Under the pieces are notes generated by a model, which did not search any database, was not told the origin of the DNA, and saw nothing but the letters and a program-made list of their open reading frames with translations. 64,000 nt of DNA from a virus: positions 13,978 through 77,977 of IMG/VR virus record IMGVR_UViG_3300021962_000073. The stretch is one strand, 5' to 3'. Below, one piece after another: positions 4,678-14,197 of this stretch. A program made the translations under genes and the position numbers. The stretch's first letter is position 1. Each line of letters starts with the position of its first letter.

Positions 4678-5418
4678 ATGAATATTGACGAAATTGTTAA
4701 AGTACCATATACAACACAACCAAGAATGATACGAAATACTGGTGAAGTTTTTAATAAAACTCCCGATAAAAAATATTTTGAAGAGAAGAAAATTCAATTA
4801 GATAAATTTGGTTATGATTTGTATGGTATGAATATACCTTGCATTACAGAAAAAGTTATTGAAAAATGTGAATCTTTTTTAGGTAAACCTGTAACTGGTG
4901 ATATCGTAGATTTCGCAATGAACTTTGAAGAAGATATTGCGATTATGCACCATGGTGTTTTGTCTGCAATTTGTTTTTGTTTTCCCAGTTCTTGGATTCC
5001 TTTTTACGGTCTAGACAAAACACTGGAAGAAATACACCGACCTGTGGCTGATGGTGATCATCTTCGGCGTGTAAGTTCGAAACTTACAAAGACAATGGCA
5101 GATCCTATTCTAGGAAGTTTTCTTAGATATGTATGGACTATTACAAAAGTTCCAGATTTAAGTAATCATCCTGAAGTAAAACAAAATTATGATGATGCAG
5201 AATTAACATTCGATAATCTCTATTTTAGATTGGAGAAACAAACAACATTACCATTGAATGATGGTAAGACTAGTTTGTTTTTTGTGAAAGTTGAAGTTGT
5301 TCCATTAAAAAATGTTTGGTCACCACTAATTAAAGAGAGTATTGATTCTATGAGTGATGCGATTATTCAATATAAAAATTTAAAAGAAATTAAAACGGTC
5401 CTTAGTTCAATGGATTAG
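4678..5418 (+). CDS. DUF3445 / heme-dependent oxidative N-demethylase alpha-subunit-like protein
   Basis: CFPSSW...IHRPV...LYFRLEKQT...LFFVKV motifs; ATG 4678 after SD AGGAG; stop lies inside tRNA-Arg. Confidence 0.75.
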   Translation: MNIDEIVKVPYTTQPRMIRNTGEVFNKTPDKKYFEEKKIQLDKFGYDLYGMNIPCITEKVIEKCESFLGKPVTGDIVDFAMNFEEDIAIMHHGVLSAICFCFPSSWIPFYGLDKTLEEIHRPVADGDHLRRVSSKLTKTMADPILGSFLRYVWTITKVPDLSNHPEVKQNYDDAELTFDNLYFRLEKQTTLPLNDGKTSLFFVKVEVVPLKNVWSPLIKESIDSMSDAIIQYKNLKEIKTVLSSMD

Positions 5419-5471
5419 AATCCCTTGCTACGAACGAGGAGACGGGAGTTCGATTCTCTCAGGACCGGCCA
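5396..5471 (+). tRNA. tRNA-Arg(ACG)
   Basis: Loop CT-ACG-AA, CCA; overlaps the 3' end of the upstream CDS. Confidence 0.88.
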
Positions 5472-5476
5472 ATTAT

Positions 5477-5551
5477 GCCCCGTTAGCTGAGATGGATTAG
5501 CAACGTCTTGATAAGGCGTAGAGAATGGATCGATACCATTACGGGGTACCA
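5477..5551 (+). tRNA. tRNA-Ile(GAT)
   Basis: Loop TT-GAT-AA, variant T-loop ATCGATA, CCA. Confidence 0.85.
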
Positions 5552-5556
5552 TCAAT

Positions 5557-5631
5557 CTCGGTGTAGTGTTAATGGCAGCACGAGAGTCTCCAAAACTCCA
5601 AGATGCGGTTCGAGTCCGTACACCGAGGCCA
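5557..5631 (+). tRNA. tRNA-Trp(CCA)
   Basis: Loop CT-CCA-AA, G73, CCA. Confidence 0.9.
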
Positions 5632-5648
5632 TTTTATAGGAGTGAGAT

Positions 5649-6119
5649 ATGTACAACAAAAAAATTAATTTAAATGAAGTGAAAGCATTCATCGATAGTT
5701 GTGGTCCTAATACCAAAGTTTATCTTGGATGCGATTCTGAGAAAGTTAAAATTAATGGTGTATGGCATGCGGATTATATTATAGCCATTGTTGTACATAT
5801 GAACAGCAAGCATGGTTGTAAAATTTTCGGTCAAATTACTCGTGAACGTGATTATGACCAAGCACGAAATAAACCAAGAATGCGATTGATGAATGAAGTA
5901 TATAAAGTTGCCGAGATGTATCTTGAATTAGCGGCAATGATTGATGTTGAAATTGAAGTTCATCTTGACATCAATCCAAATGAAGAGTATAATTCAAATA
6001 TTGTAATCAATGAGGCGATTGGCTACATAAAAGGAATGTGTAATGTTGTTCCTCTTGTAAAACCAAATGCTTTTGCGGCTTCATATGCAGCCGATAGATT
6101 GAAAAGTTTAGTAGCTTAA
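5649..6119 (+). CDS. RNase H-like YkuK family (DUF458) protein
   Basis: VYLGCDS...EVHLDIN...KPNAFAASYAAD motifs. Confidence 0.85.
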   Translation: MYNKKINLNEVKAFIDSCGPNTKVYLGCDSEKVKINGVWHADYIIAIVVHMNSKHGCKIFGQITRERDYDQARNKPRMRLMNEVYKVAEMYLELAAMIDVEIEVHLDINPNEEYNSNIVINEAIGYIKGMCNVVPLVKPNAFAASYAADRLKSLVA

Positions 6120-6121
6120 TT

Positions 6122-6198
6122 GCGGGTATGGTGTTTAATGGCTAGCACGACAGCCTTCCAAGCTGACAGTATCGGTTCGAATCCGATTACCCGCTCCA
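6122..6198 (+). tRNA. tRNA-Gly(TCC)
   Basis: Loop CT-TCC-AA, U73, CCA. Confidence 0.92.
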
Positions 6199-6215
6199 TA
6201 TTTTTATATAAATGA

Positions 6216-6752
6216 ATGGAACTTAAATCTTTTGTCAAACATTATGAAAATGTATTGAGCCCCCAAACTTGCGAACGAATAATCCAAGAATTTGAGAACA
6301 ATCGTTCACATATCACTCAATACGATAATGAGCATTACAAGTTTGATCAGTTAGATTTAAATACATCTGGCAATCAACTTTTAGCGAAAGCATTTATACA
6401 ACAGGTCGTACCATATCTGAAAAATTATATTAGTTTGTTGAGTGTTGAACCTTATGTTAAGATTCGAGGTTTTGAAAATGTACGCATCAAAAAATATCTG
6501 AAAGGATCAGATTATAAATTCAAAACTCATGTTGATGTTGATGATAAAGATTCGGCAGTTCGATATTTGATTTTTATTTTGTATTTAAATGATAACAATG
6601 GATGTACAACTTTTCCTAATCTAGGATTGTCTTTCAAACCAAAACAAGGAAGTATGATTATGTTTCCTCCGTTTTGGATGTTTCCTCATTCAGGTGAAAC
6701 ACCGACAGACAATGATAAGTATATTATGATGAGTTGTCTTCACTATAGTTAA
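6216..6752 (+). CDS. 2OG-Fe(II) oxygenase (prolyl 4-hydroxylase-like)
   Basis: HVD...LYLND...FPPFWMFPH...KY facial-triad pattern. Confidence 0.85.
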   Translation: MELKSFVKHYENVLSPQTCERIIQEFENNRSHITQYDNEHYKFDQLDLNTSGNQLLAKAFIQQVVPYLKNYISLLSVEPYVKIRGFENVRIKKYLKGSDYKFKTHVDVDDKDSAVRYLIFILYLNDNNGCTTFPNLGLSFKPKQGSMIMFPPFWMFPHSGETPTDNDKYIMMSCLHYS

Positions 6753-6753
6753 A

Positions 6754-6843
6754 GCAGGAGTGGAGAAATCGGTAAACTCAGTGGACTTAAAATCCACCGG
6801 CACTAAAAACGCCTTGCGGGTTCAAGTCCCGCCTCCTGCACCA
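6754..6843 (+). tRNA. tRNA-Leu(TAA)
   Basis: Loop CT-TAA-AA, long variable region, CCA. Confidence 0.92.
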
Positions 6844-6847
6844 CAAC

Positions 6848-6922
6848 CTGACCGTAGTTAAATGGATATAACATGGGTCTTCTAAACCCAGATTCCAGGT
6901 TCGATTCCTGGCGGTCGGGCCA
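6848..6922 (+). tRNA. tRNA-Arg(TCT)
   Basis: Loop CT-TCT-AA, CCA. Confidence 0.92.
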
Positions 6923-6923
6923 C

Positions 6924-7184
6924 CTATACTACAAACTTAACGTATAGTGTGCAATCACCATCAGTTTCTCCCAGAATGGTGATTCTTCCATTTTCAATTT
7001 CTACATTTTCTTCTGCGATTTCTTCAACTTTCTCAGCACTTACGAATAGGCTCTGTACCATCGTTAACTTATAAACGCCTGTCCCTCCGTTTACAACAGA
7101 GTTCATAATATCAACTTCATTTTCATTAAAGAAACCATCTGTTGCTGTAATATCGTCAAATAAAAAATCGTCTACGCTTGTCAT
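6924..7184 (-). CDS. acidic hypothetical protein
   Basis: 86 aa, SD AAGGA upstream, last gene of the minus-strand block. Confidence 0.65.
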   Translation of the reverse strand: MTSVDDFLFDDITATDGFFNENEVDIMNSVVNGGTGVYKLTMVQSLFVSAEKVEEIAEENVEIENGRITILGETDGDCTLYVKFVV

Positions 7185-7194
7185 TTTTATGTCC

Positions 7195-7512
7195 TTAGGT
7201 TGGTGTGTCTTCTACGATGTTGAAATTCTTTCCTGATGAAACCACGCAATAAAGATCCTCGGAGATTTTTTCGACAACGGTCCACGTTTTAGTTCTTTTA
7301 TTTAGAAAAAATATTACTACCGATTCGACTATAGTTCTATTATTTGTCGATCTAACTGTTTCTCCGGCAGCAAAAGGTTTTTCATTAAATTCTACCATCA
7401 CTGCCGTTAAATCTTTCAAATTACCACATTCTACTGGTAATAACCTAGTTTGAGCATTTGCGGTTAAAGAGGTTAGAAGAGCCATTAATACTATTAGATA
7501 TTTCATGATCAA
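7195..7512 (-). CDS. secreted hypothetical protein
   Basis: N-terminal signal peptide (…TANA/Q), two Cys. Confidence 0.7.
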   Translation of the reverse strand: MIMKYLIVLMALLTSLTANAQTRLLPVECGNLKDLTAVMVEFNEKPFAAGETVRSTNNRTIVESVVIFFLNKRTKTWTVVEKISEDLYCVVSSGKNFNIVEDTPT

Positions 7513-7545
7513 GCCCTTATGAAAAGTATTTGATTAGTTATGTAG

Positions 7546-8064
7546 TTACCATTTTCCAGCACTTCTTCCATACTCATAAAACCAAACGAAAAATTTAATT
7601 GCAACAGTAATGCTTATGATAAGTAAAGTTCCCCAAAAGGCATTTTCTATAAATTTCTTTCTTCTTTGGGCTTGATCTCTAATTGCTTTCTCTCTTTCTT
7701 CTCTAACTTTTTTTCGGATAGCTATGAATTCTCGATATCCTTCTTGACTTAGATGCTGTAAAGCACCATAATAAAACATGTGTTGAATTTCCGCTTCCAT
7801 CTCTCTAAGTTTTTGTTGAGCGGCATAAATGTCCATCGCTTCAGCCGTATCACTTTTAGCGAATCCAATTTTTTGAAAGATGCCAGGTTTTTTCTGATGA
7901 TTAGGATCTCTCGACTTGTTTATGAAGTCTTGTAGTTGACCTGCTGAGTCTGCCCACTTGTTTAGTTGTCCGAAAATATCTTGTACCTCTCTTCCAACGG
8001 CAATCGCCTTCTTGATTCCATTGAAGGCGGCAGTTGTTGCTGCAAGAAGTGTTACGGGATCCAT
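7546..8064 (-). CDS. membrane protein, hypothetical
   Basis: Amphipathic N-terminus, coiled coil, C-terminal TM helix. Confidence 0.75.
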   Translation of the reverse strand: MDPVTLLAATTAAFNGIKKAIAVGREVQDIFGQLNKWADSAGQLQDFINKSRDPNHQKKPGIFQKIGFAKSDTAEAMDIYAAQQKLREMEAEIQHMFYYGALQHLSQEGYREFIAIRKKVREEREKAIRDQAQRRKKFIENAFWGTLLIISITVAIKFFVWFYEYGRSAGKW

Positions 8065-8732
8065 TAGTTCGCCAATGGATTATCTAATGCTTTTTTAATC
8101 TTATCATCAACTTCACGGCGAATTGTTCTTATTTCATTATTCGTTTCACGTTCAATTCGATTTACCCTTTCATTAACTCCTTGAACTGTCGCATCTACTT
8201 GCTTTTGCATTTCTCGCACAGATGAATCTGTTGATCTACGAATTTCTTTTATTTCCCCATCAACTTGCTTACGAATTTCTTTGAAGTCAACTTCAACTTG
8301 TCTGCGAACTTCAATAACCGCTCTCTCAACTTCTCTCTGTGCGACCTTACTGCTTCTTTCTACGCCTTCCAATACACCTTCTGTTCTACGAATATCACCT
8401 TTAAGGTTCTGATTGATATCACGAGTATAACCAACCACCTTTTCGCTATTTTCTTCTAGTTTAATAATTCTTGCTTCATATTCGCTGAAATCTGGTGCGA
8501 CATAATTCGCTATTTTCTTTTTCATTCCCATATAATCATTGTATGCTTCAAAACATCCATATAGTCCACCTATAACTGATGAAACAATACCAAATGCAAT
8601 CATGAGTTTTGCAGGTGTAAACTCATATCCACCAATGCTGATAACGGTATCTTTACTCGCATACTTTTTCATAGCCGCTTCTGCGGCTTCTACCTTTTTG
8701 TTTAAATCTACTTTATCTTCTGTACTGCTCAT
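8064..8732 (-). CDS. membrane-anchored coiled-coil protein
   Basis: One TM segment then 11-residue amphipathic repeats, ends ALDNPLAN. Confidence 0.75.
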   Translation of the reverse strand: MSSTEDKVDLNKKVEAAEAAMKKYASKDTVISIGGYEFTPAKLMIAFGIVSSVIGGLYGCFEAYNDYMGMKKKIANYVAPDFSEYEARIIKLEENSEKVVGYTRDINQNLKGDIRRTEGVLEGVERSSKVAQREVERAVIEVRRQVEVDFKEIRKQVDGEIKEIRRSTDSSVREMQKQVDATVQGVNERVNRIERETNNEIRTIRREVDDKIKKALDNPLAN

Positions 8733-10392
8733 CTACCATCTCCCTATGAATTCTATCTGAACGTTGATTGAGTTGTCTTAATGCTCTAGCATTGTCTTGT
8801 ATCGTCACACGTTTATAAATATCTTCAGATTTGTAGAACGGCACATCAGGTATTTTTACTTCTAAGTATTGACTAAATCCAGGAACCTCCGCCATTGAAG
8901 CTAAAGCAACGTCTTGTGGATCTCTCTGACTGCTTCTTTGAGCGGCAACAGCGGCTGCTCTCGCAGTCTCCCTTGCACTATTTCTTGATTGCTGTTGCTG
9001 TGTTGTGTTTCTTGACGGTGATTGCGATCCACCTGTTGATGATGGTGATACCGATAATCCTTGTCCAAGTGGTTGAGGCGTTTGTATCTTTTCTTCAGGT
9101 TTGGAGATAATCTGATTTACAATTGGATCACTCGTAGCTTGTGGCGTAGTTAATAACTTCGCTACATCCTCGTTCCCAACAGACGGCACATTTAGTGGAG
9201 AAGAAACGACAGAGGTTACTGCTGTCGTAATTGGTTGTGTTACTGTCTCAATCACCTGCTTCTTTCTAAAAGCGTCTGCATATCCTGGGCAACCAGAATT
9301 GTATAGAGGGTTTGCCATACATTGCTGATTGAAAAACGCTTGTTGATAAAGAGGACACGATGTTGAAAAAAGGGGATTAGCGGTACACTGTTGATTCAAG
9401 TAAGCTGATTCATACAGTGGACACGATGTATTGGACAATGGGTTCTCATTACAGTTCTTATCGAATAATGCTTTAGCATATCCTGGACAGGTTGAATTGT
9501 ATAACGGATTTGCTGTACATTGTTGTTGCAAAAATGCTTGTTGATACTCTGGACAAGTAGGAGAAAATAGTGAGTTTAAACTACATTGCTGTGCTTGATA
9601 AGCAACTGCGTATCCTGGGCAATTGGTTGCAAATAGAGGATTTGATGAGCATTGCTGATTAAACCATGCTTGTTGCCAACCTGGACAAGACTGACTGAAT
9701 AGTTGGTTAATCGCACATTGTTGCTGCAAGTACGCTTGCTGATAACCTTCGCACGTTGGTGAAGCGAGAGGATTCGCACCGCATGGATCCAGTGAATATC
9801 TCAATCGAATATCTATATCTCTTATCTCAGGGCCGTAATATCCTTTCCAATTTCCCTCATCTCTGCTCGATATCGATATGTAAACATTACCTAAAGATGC
9901 TAGACTATACTTGTTAGCAAAGTCTTCAGTTCCAGTAAAGCGAGTCCAATCGTTTATTCGTCTACTGTAATCATAAGTTTTACTTTCTATGATGTTCGCA
10001 TTTGTGGAATCATAAAGAGACACGCGAATACCTAATGGATCGAAAGATTGAGTTTGATAAGCTCCTGCGTTAGCGTTTTTTATAGTCCATCCGTATTGAT
10101 ATCCTCTGACGATAATGCCAGTACCATTCAACGCCTGATTGACTGCTATGCTCTGATATAATACTGAACCGCCGTAGCTAAAAAGTATAGCTCCGTCAGC
10201 CGATCTTTGGACTGGACATGGTCCTCCTGTCGTTCCACCCCATATCATTCCATTGTGCTGAGTCAAACATCCCTGCCAACCTGATTGATTGACAATATTA
10301 CTGGATGTTTGAATATCTTGGGCGTTAGAGTAGAAGGAGAAGAACAGCCAAGACGCCAAGCCCAGCAGAAATTTTTTGCCAGAAACTTGCAT
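8713..10392 (-). CDS. secreted Cys-rich repeat protein
   Basis: Signal peptide, N-terminal beta-rich domain, eight 22-aa CxxNPLxxxxCPxYxxAxxxQQ repeats, S/T/Q-rich linker. Confidence 0.8.
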   Translation of the reverse strand: MQVSGKKFLLGLASWLFFSFYSNAQDIQTSSNIVNQSGWQGCLTQHNGMIWGGTTGGPCPVQRSADGAILFSYGGSVLYQSIAVNQALNGTGIIVRGYQYGWTIKNANAGAYQTQSFDPLGIRVSLYDSTNANIIESKTYDYSRRINDWTRFTGTEDFANKYSLASLGNVYISISSRDEGNWKGYYGPEIRDIDIRLRYSLDPCGANPLASPTCEGYQQAYLQQQCAINQLFSQSCPGWQQAWFNQQCSSNPLFATNCPGYAVAYQAQQCSLNSLFSPTCPEYQQAFLQQQCTANPLYNSTCPGYAKALFDKNCNENPLSNTSCPLYESAYLNQQCTANPLFSTSCPLYQQAFFNQQCMANPLYNSGCPGYADAFRKKQVIETVTQPITTAVTSVVSSPLNVPSVGNEDVAKLLTTPQATSDPIVNQIISKPEEKIQTPQPLGQGLSVSPSSTGGSQSPSRNTTQQQQSRNSARETARAAAVAAQRSSQRDPQDVALASMAEVPGFSQYLEVKIPDVPFYKSEDIYKRVTIQDNARALRQLNQRSDRIHREMVDEQYRR

Positions 10393-10873
10393 TCGAACTC
10401 TCGCTTAGAGGTTGAGGTTTACGATCTGGATTTGCATCCCAAACTTTCTTAGCCTCTTCACCAATTTTACCATCTATTGGACAAGGTGTTCCTGCATTCA
10501 TCATCGCTTGGAAAACTCTATCATCTTGACAGAGAGTAGATACGGCAGCAACTTTCATACCCATATCATAAAGATTTTTGGCTAGTTTCAATCTTTCGCA
10601 GTTCATATCTCTAACCATTGTTCCGCCAGAGATACCGAGAATTTGAGTCTGAACAGCGCCACCAACGCCGACAGTACAAAGGTCGTTGTTCAGTACATTA
10701 AAAGAAGGAGAAACTGCCGTCGCTGGAGGAGACCTTACTGTAGTTTCGTTTACGCTATTACTATTTGTGGTAACGGTGCTCGAACTTTTAGAATCTGTTA
10801 CTATCACATCAGATTGAGCAAAACTTAACGAAGAAATAACAAAAAGCACCAAAAAGGTTAACTTTTTGTACAT
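10325..10873 (-). CDS. conserved secreted/membrane phage protein
   Basis: Signal peptide, DLC...CERLKLAKNLYDMGMKVAAVSTLCQD...AGTPCP core, C-terminal TM; CATAAATA on the minus strand at 10926-10933. Confidence 0.8.
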   Translation of the reverse strand: MYKKLTFLVLFVISSLSFAQSDVIVTDSKSSSTVTTNSNSVNETTVRSPPATAVSPSFNVLNNDLCTVGVGGAVQTQILGISGGTMVRDMNCERLKLAKNLYDMGMKVAAVSTLCQDDRVFQAMMNAGTPCPIDGKIGEEAKKVWDANPDRKPQPLSESSNASFWQKISAGLGVLAVLLLLL

Positions 10874-10984
10874 TTTTGACTTCCTATAGATGTTGTCCTA
10901 GAACAACATGATTGACAACTGAAACTATTTATGTTATTATTTACACATAATGAAAATGTCTCATAAAAACAACAGTTTGGAAGT

Positions 10985-11028
10985 GTTGCAAAAATACAAC
11001 TTGACGTTTTCCTGGATGTCTGTATAAT
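10985..11028 (+). promoter_or_regulatory. early-type promoter with GTTG-N8-CAAC box
   Basis: GTTG-CAAAAATA-CAAC 10985-11000, TTGACG 11001-11006, 16 nt, TATAAT 11023-11028. Confidence 0.8.
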
Positions 11029-11061
11029 TGATTCTGTTGATTGATTAATAAGGAGTTTTCT

Positions 11062-11490
11062 GTGGCTTATGTCTCTCAAGAAACCAAAGCAAAAATCGTT
11101 GCTGCTGTTAAGCCTGTTCTGAAAAAATATGGTTTGAGCGGTACTTTTGCGGTTCGAAATCATTCTACGATTTCTCTGACCTTAAAATCTGGCAAAATCG
11201 ATTTTATTGAGAATTATATAAAAGTTGATGCGGAAAAACCCTACGCTCGTCATTTGAGTTCGGATCAAGTTTCAACGATTCGTAATCAGAGCCATCTGGA
11301 TATTAATCCTTACTGGTTTCATGAGCACTTTTCTGGCAAAGCAAAAGCGGCTCTAACTGAGATTTTCGCGGCTATCAAAAAAGGTGGTAGCTGGTATGAT
11401 GAGTCCGATATTCAGACTGATTATTTTAATACTGCGTTCTATATCGACGTTAATGTCGGTAAGTGGAACAAACCTTATGAGGTTAAGTGA
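11062..11490 (+). CDS. conserved hypothetical early protein
   Basis: GTG start after SD AAGGAG; ends DYFNTAFYIDVNVGKWNKPY. Confidence 0.8.
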   Translation: MAYVSQETKAKIVAAVKPVLKKYGLSGTFAVRNHSTISLTLKSGKIDFIENYIKVDAEKPYARHLSSDQVSTIRNQSHLDINPYWFHEHFSGKAKAALTEIFAAIKKGGSWYDESDIQTDYFNTAFYIDVNVGKWNKPYEVK

Positions 11491-11611
11491 TGTTTGAGAA
11501 CGATACCCTTGATTCTGTTATGTTTGACTCTCCAGAATTGCCCTTTCCGACTGAAAACGAGATCGATGAAATGGCTAAATGGTATGGAGAGGATGAACCT
11601 GATGTAGGAAG

Positions 11612-11908
11612 TTGACAATGCAAGGAATTTATATTATAATATTGCGGGATGGCTGCCGAGTGGCTGCCCTCCGCGATTATGAAGAACTTTTTGAAGGCTA
11701 CTCACCCAGTATGATTCGATACCTCAACAAAGAAAAATTTGTTGAGGCTTTTGGCTTTTGTGTTCCAATGACCGAAGTTGAAGCCCGAGAATGTGCCCGA
11801 GTAATAGCAAAATCTTACCGCGAATTGCCTGATGGCATTCGCACACTAACTGATTATCGTAATTTTTCCTTTGAGGAACTCCGTGATGGTGCGTATTCCA
11901 AAGATTGA
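11612..11908 (+). CDS. hypothetical protein
   Basis: ORF track; co-oriented in the operon. Confidence 0.6.
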   Translation: MTMQGIYIIILRDGCRVAALRDYEELFEGYSPSMIRYLNKEKFVEAFGFCVPMTEVEARECARVIAKSYRELPDGIRTLTDYRNFSFEELRDGAYSKD

Positions 11909-12923
11909 AGAACCTAAATTTCAAGGCACTCTTTCCAAAATTCAACTGATTGAGTGTTTGAATTGGTATCATTCAAATAAAGAAAATAAAGATGCCGTAA
12001 AATACATTCAAGATTATTGTAAGAAGAATAGAATTGATGGTCGCATATCGAGTACCGAAAGTTTTCTGACCATTGCATGGTTATGTCGGGCTGAGATGAA
12101 TGGTAATGATCTTGGCTCATACGGAAAAAAATATCTCATCAATAAATTGAAGAGTATGGTTCGTATCGAAAAGACGGTTGTCCAAGATGCGACACCAGTT
12201 GTAAGTATTCAAGAACGATTGAAAGAAAAAGTTTCAGAAATTGCCGGCGATCTTGAAGGCGCAATCGATGATTATATTCTCAGCGGATTTAAAGATTCGA
12301 AATCTCCTTTTGCTTTGATGCAGGATCGAACAAAAGGTTTACATGCTACTCGTTTGATCGAAATTTTTAAACGTCGTCGAGCGGAGTTTGATGAGGTATT
12401 GAATTCGAAAGATACCCAAGTGAAAGAAGGTTATTCTAATTTCACTAAACCTCAAATCAAGAAAATTATTGCTTATTGCGATTCGATCATCACTGATGCA
12501 CTTAAAATTTCAGGTGAAGCTAAGGCTACTCGTAAACCTCGAAAGCGTAAAGCCAAGACTGCCGATCAGTTGCTAGGTAAATTGAATTATCTAGAAGAGT
12601 CTAAAGAATTTAAACTCAAATCGGTGATGCCAAAGCAAATTCTTGGTGCTACTCAATTATGGGTTTTTAATGTTAAAACCAAGGCTCTCGGTGTTTATCA
12701 TGCCGAAGATGCCTCGGGATTTTCCGTGAAAGGTTCTACCTTACAAAACTTTTCAGAAATGAAATCTGTAACTAAGCGCCTTCGTAAACCTGAGAAAGTA
12801 TTATCTGAGGTATTGAACGGAGGTAAAGTTACTCTTCGAAACATTTTGGGTAAAGTTGCCACTAAAGAAAGCTTCTTGACAGGACGTTTAAATAAAGATA
12901 CAATACTACTTCGAATTATTTAA
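11886..12923 (+). CDS. conserved hypothetical protein
   Basis: 346-codon basic ORF directly upstream of RNase H. Confidence 0.8.
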   Translation: MVRIPKIEEPKFQGTLSKIQLIECLNWYHSNKENKDAVKYIQDYCKKNRIDGRISSTESFLTIAWLCRAEMNGNDLGSYGKKYLINKLKSMVRIEKTVVQDATPVVSIQERLKEKVSEIAGDLEGAIDDYILSGFKDSKSPFALMQDRTKGLHATRLIEIFKRRRAEFDEVLNSKDTQVKEGYSNFTKPQIKKIIAYCDSIITDALKISGEAKATRKPRKRKAKTADQLLGKLNYLEESKEFKLKSVMPKQILGATQLWVFNVKTKALGVYHAEDASGFSVKGSTLQNFSEMKSVTKRLRKPEKVLSEVLNGGKVTLRNILGKVATKESFLTGRLNKDTILLRII

Positions 12924-12933
12924 AAGAGATAAC

Positions 12934-13773
12934 ATGTTAATTTTTGATTTCAACCAGGTAGTTCTAGCCAATTTGATGGAACAGATTGGCTATTCTAAAC
13001 AGCCTGTAGATGAAGGTCTTGTTCGACATATGGTATTGAATACCATTCGAGCGCATATCCGAAAATTTCGAGAGTATGGTGAAGTAATTATTGCTTGCGA
13101 TAATAAGCGTTACTGGCGCCGCGAAGTTTTTCCTCCTTATAAAGCTCATCGCAAAAAGAATCGTGAGGCTTCTGGTCATGATTGGACAACCATTTTCGAA
13201 TGTATGTCCAAGATTCGCCAAGAACTTAAAGATCATTCACCGTATAAAGTGATTGATGTTGATGGTGCCGAGGCTGATGATGTAATTGGTGCTCTGGTAC
13301 ACAAGTATGCAGATAAAGAACCAATTATGATTCTTTCATCCGATAAAGACTTTGTACAGTTACAAACTTATAAAAACGTAAAACAATATTCACCAACTTT
13401 AAAGAAATATATTAAAGCGGATGATCCGATTAAACAACTGAAAGAATTGATTGTCACTGGTGATACAGGTGATGGCATTCCAAATATTCTTTCTCCAGAC
13501 AATTCTATAATTGATGGCATTCGCCAAAAACCAGTTACGAAAAAATTTCTTTCAGAGTTCGCAGAAAATGGAACATCCAAATTTAATGACACTCTTAATC
13601 GTAATTGGTCGCGTAATGAGATATTGATTGACTTGTCTATGATTCCAGAAACCATCTCAGAAAGTATTATAAGTACATATAACGAAACGAAGCCGGCTAG
13701 TCGTCAACAGTTTATGAATTATATGATTGCAAATCGGTTGAAAAATTTACTTGAGGTTATCGATGAGTTCTAA
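12934..13773 (+). CDS. rnh: T4-type RNase H (5'-3' exonuclease)
   Basis: D..YWRR..FP.YKAHRKK, EADDVI, SSDKDFVQL, GDTGDGIPN; promoter TTGACA 12876-N17-TACAAT. Confidence 0.93.
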   Translation: MLIFDFNQVVLANLMEQIGYSKQPVDEGLVRHMVLNTIRAHIRKFREYGEVIIACDNKRYWRREVFPPYKAHRKKNREASGHDWTTIFECMSKIRQELKDHSPYKVIDVDGAEADDVIGALVHKYADKEPIMILSSDKDFVQLQTYKNVKQYSPTLKKYIKADDPIKQLKELIVTGDTGDGIPNILSPDNSIIDGIRQKPVTKKFLSEFAENGTSKFNDTLNRNWSRNEILIDLSMIPETISESIISTYNETKPASRQQFMNYMIANRLKNLLEVIDEF

Positions 13774-14197
13774 TCTGATGTATCATGAAATAATTGAACT
13801 TTTTCAAAAAACGGAAAAACGTTCGGAAAAAATTGAAGTATTACGAAAACATGCTGATGTTAATTTCGTTAATTTTCTGAAGATGGCTTTTGATCCACGA
13901 ATAGTTTTTGATGTTGAAATTCCTTCGTACAATCCATCAATTATTCCTGCCGGTCTAAATGATTTGTATCTTCATAGTGAAATCCAGAGAATGTATAGAT
14001 TCATCAAAGATCATCCTCGTAGACCTCATGGACTAACCGCAGCAAAACAGAAAAGTTTGCTCATTTCCGTTTTGGAATCTCTTCATAAAGATGAAGCGGA
14101 TTTAATGATTCGTTGTATCAATAAAGATTTAAAAGTTCCCTTTCTAACTCCAAAACTTATTAAAGAAGCTTTTCCTGATTTGGATCTGGGTGTATGA
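13763..14197 (+). CDS. conserved T4-like hypothetical protein
   Basis: LESLHKDEA...KLIKEAFP pattern; follows rnh. Confidence 0.75.
   Translation: MSSNLMYHEIIELFQKTEKRSEKIEVLRKHADVNFVNFLKMAFDPRIVFDVEIPSYNPSIIPAGLNDLYLHSEIQRMYRFIKDHPRRPHGLTAAKQKSLLISVLESLHKDEADLMIRCINKDLKVPFLTPKLIKEAFPDLDLGV

Noticed and set aside
2379-4797. Numerous 60-85-aa ORFs on both strands across the tRNA array
   Set aside because: They are shadow translations of tRNA genes (for example GFEP, the antisense of the T-arm).
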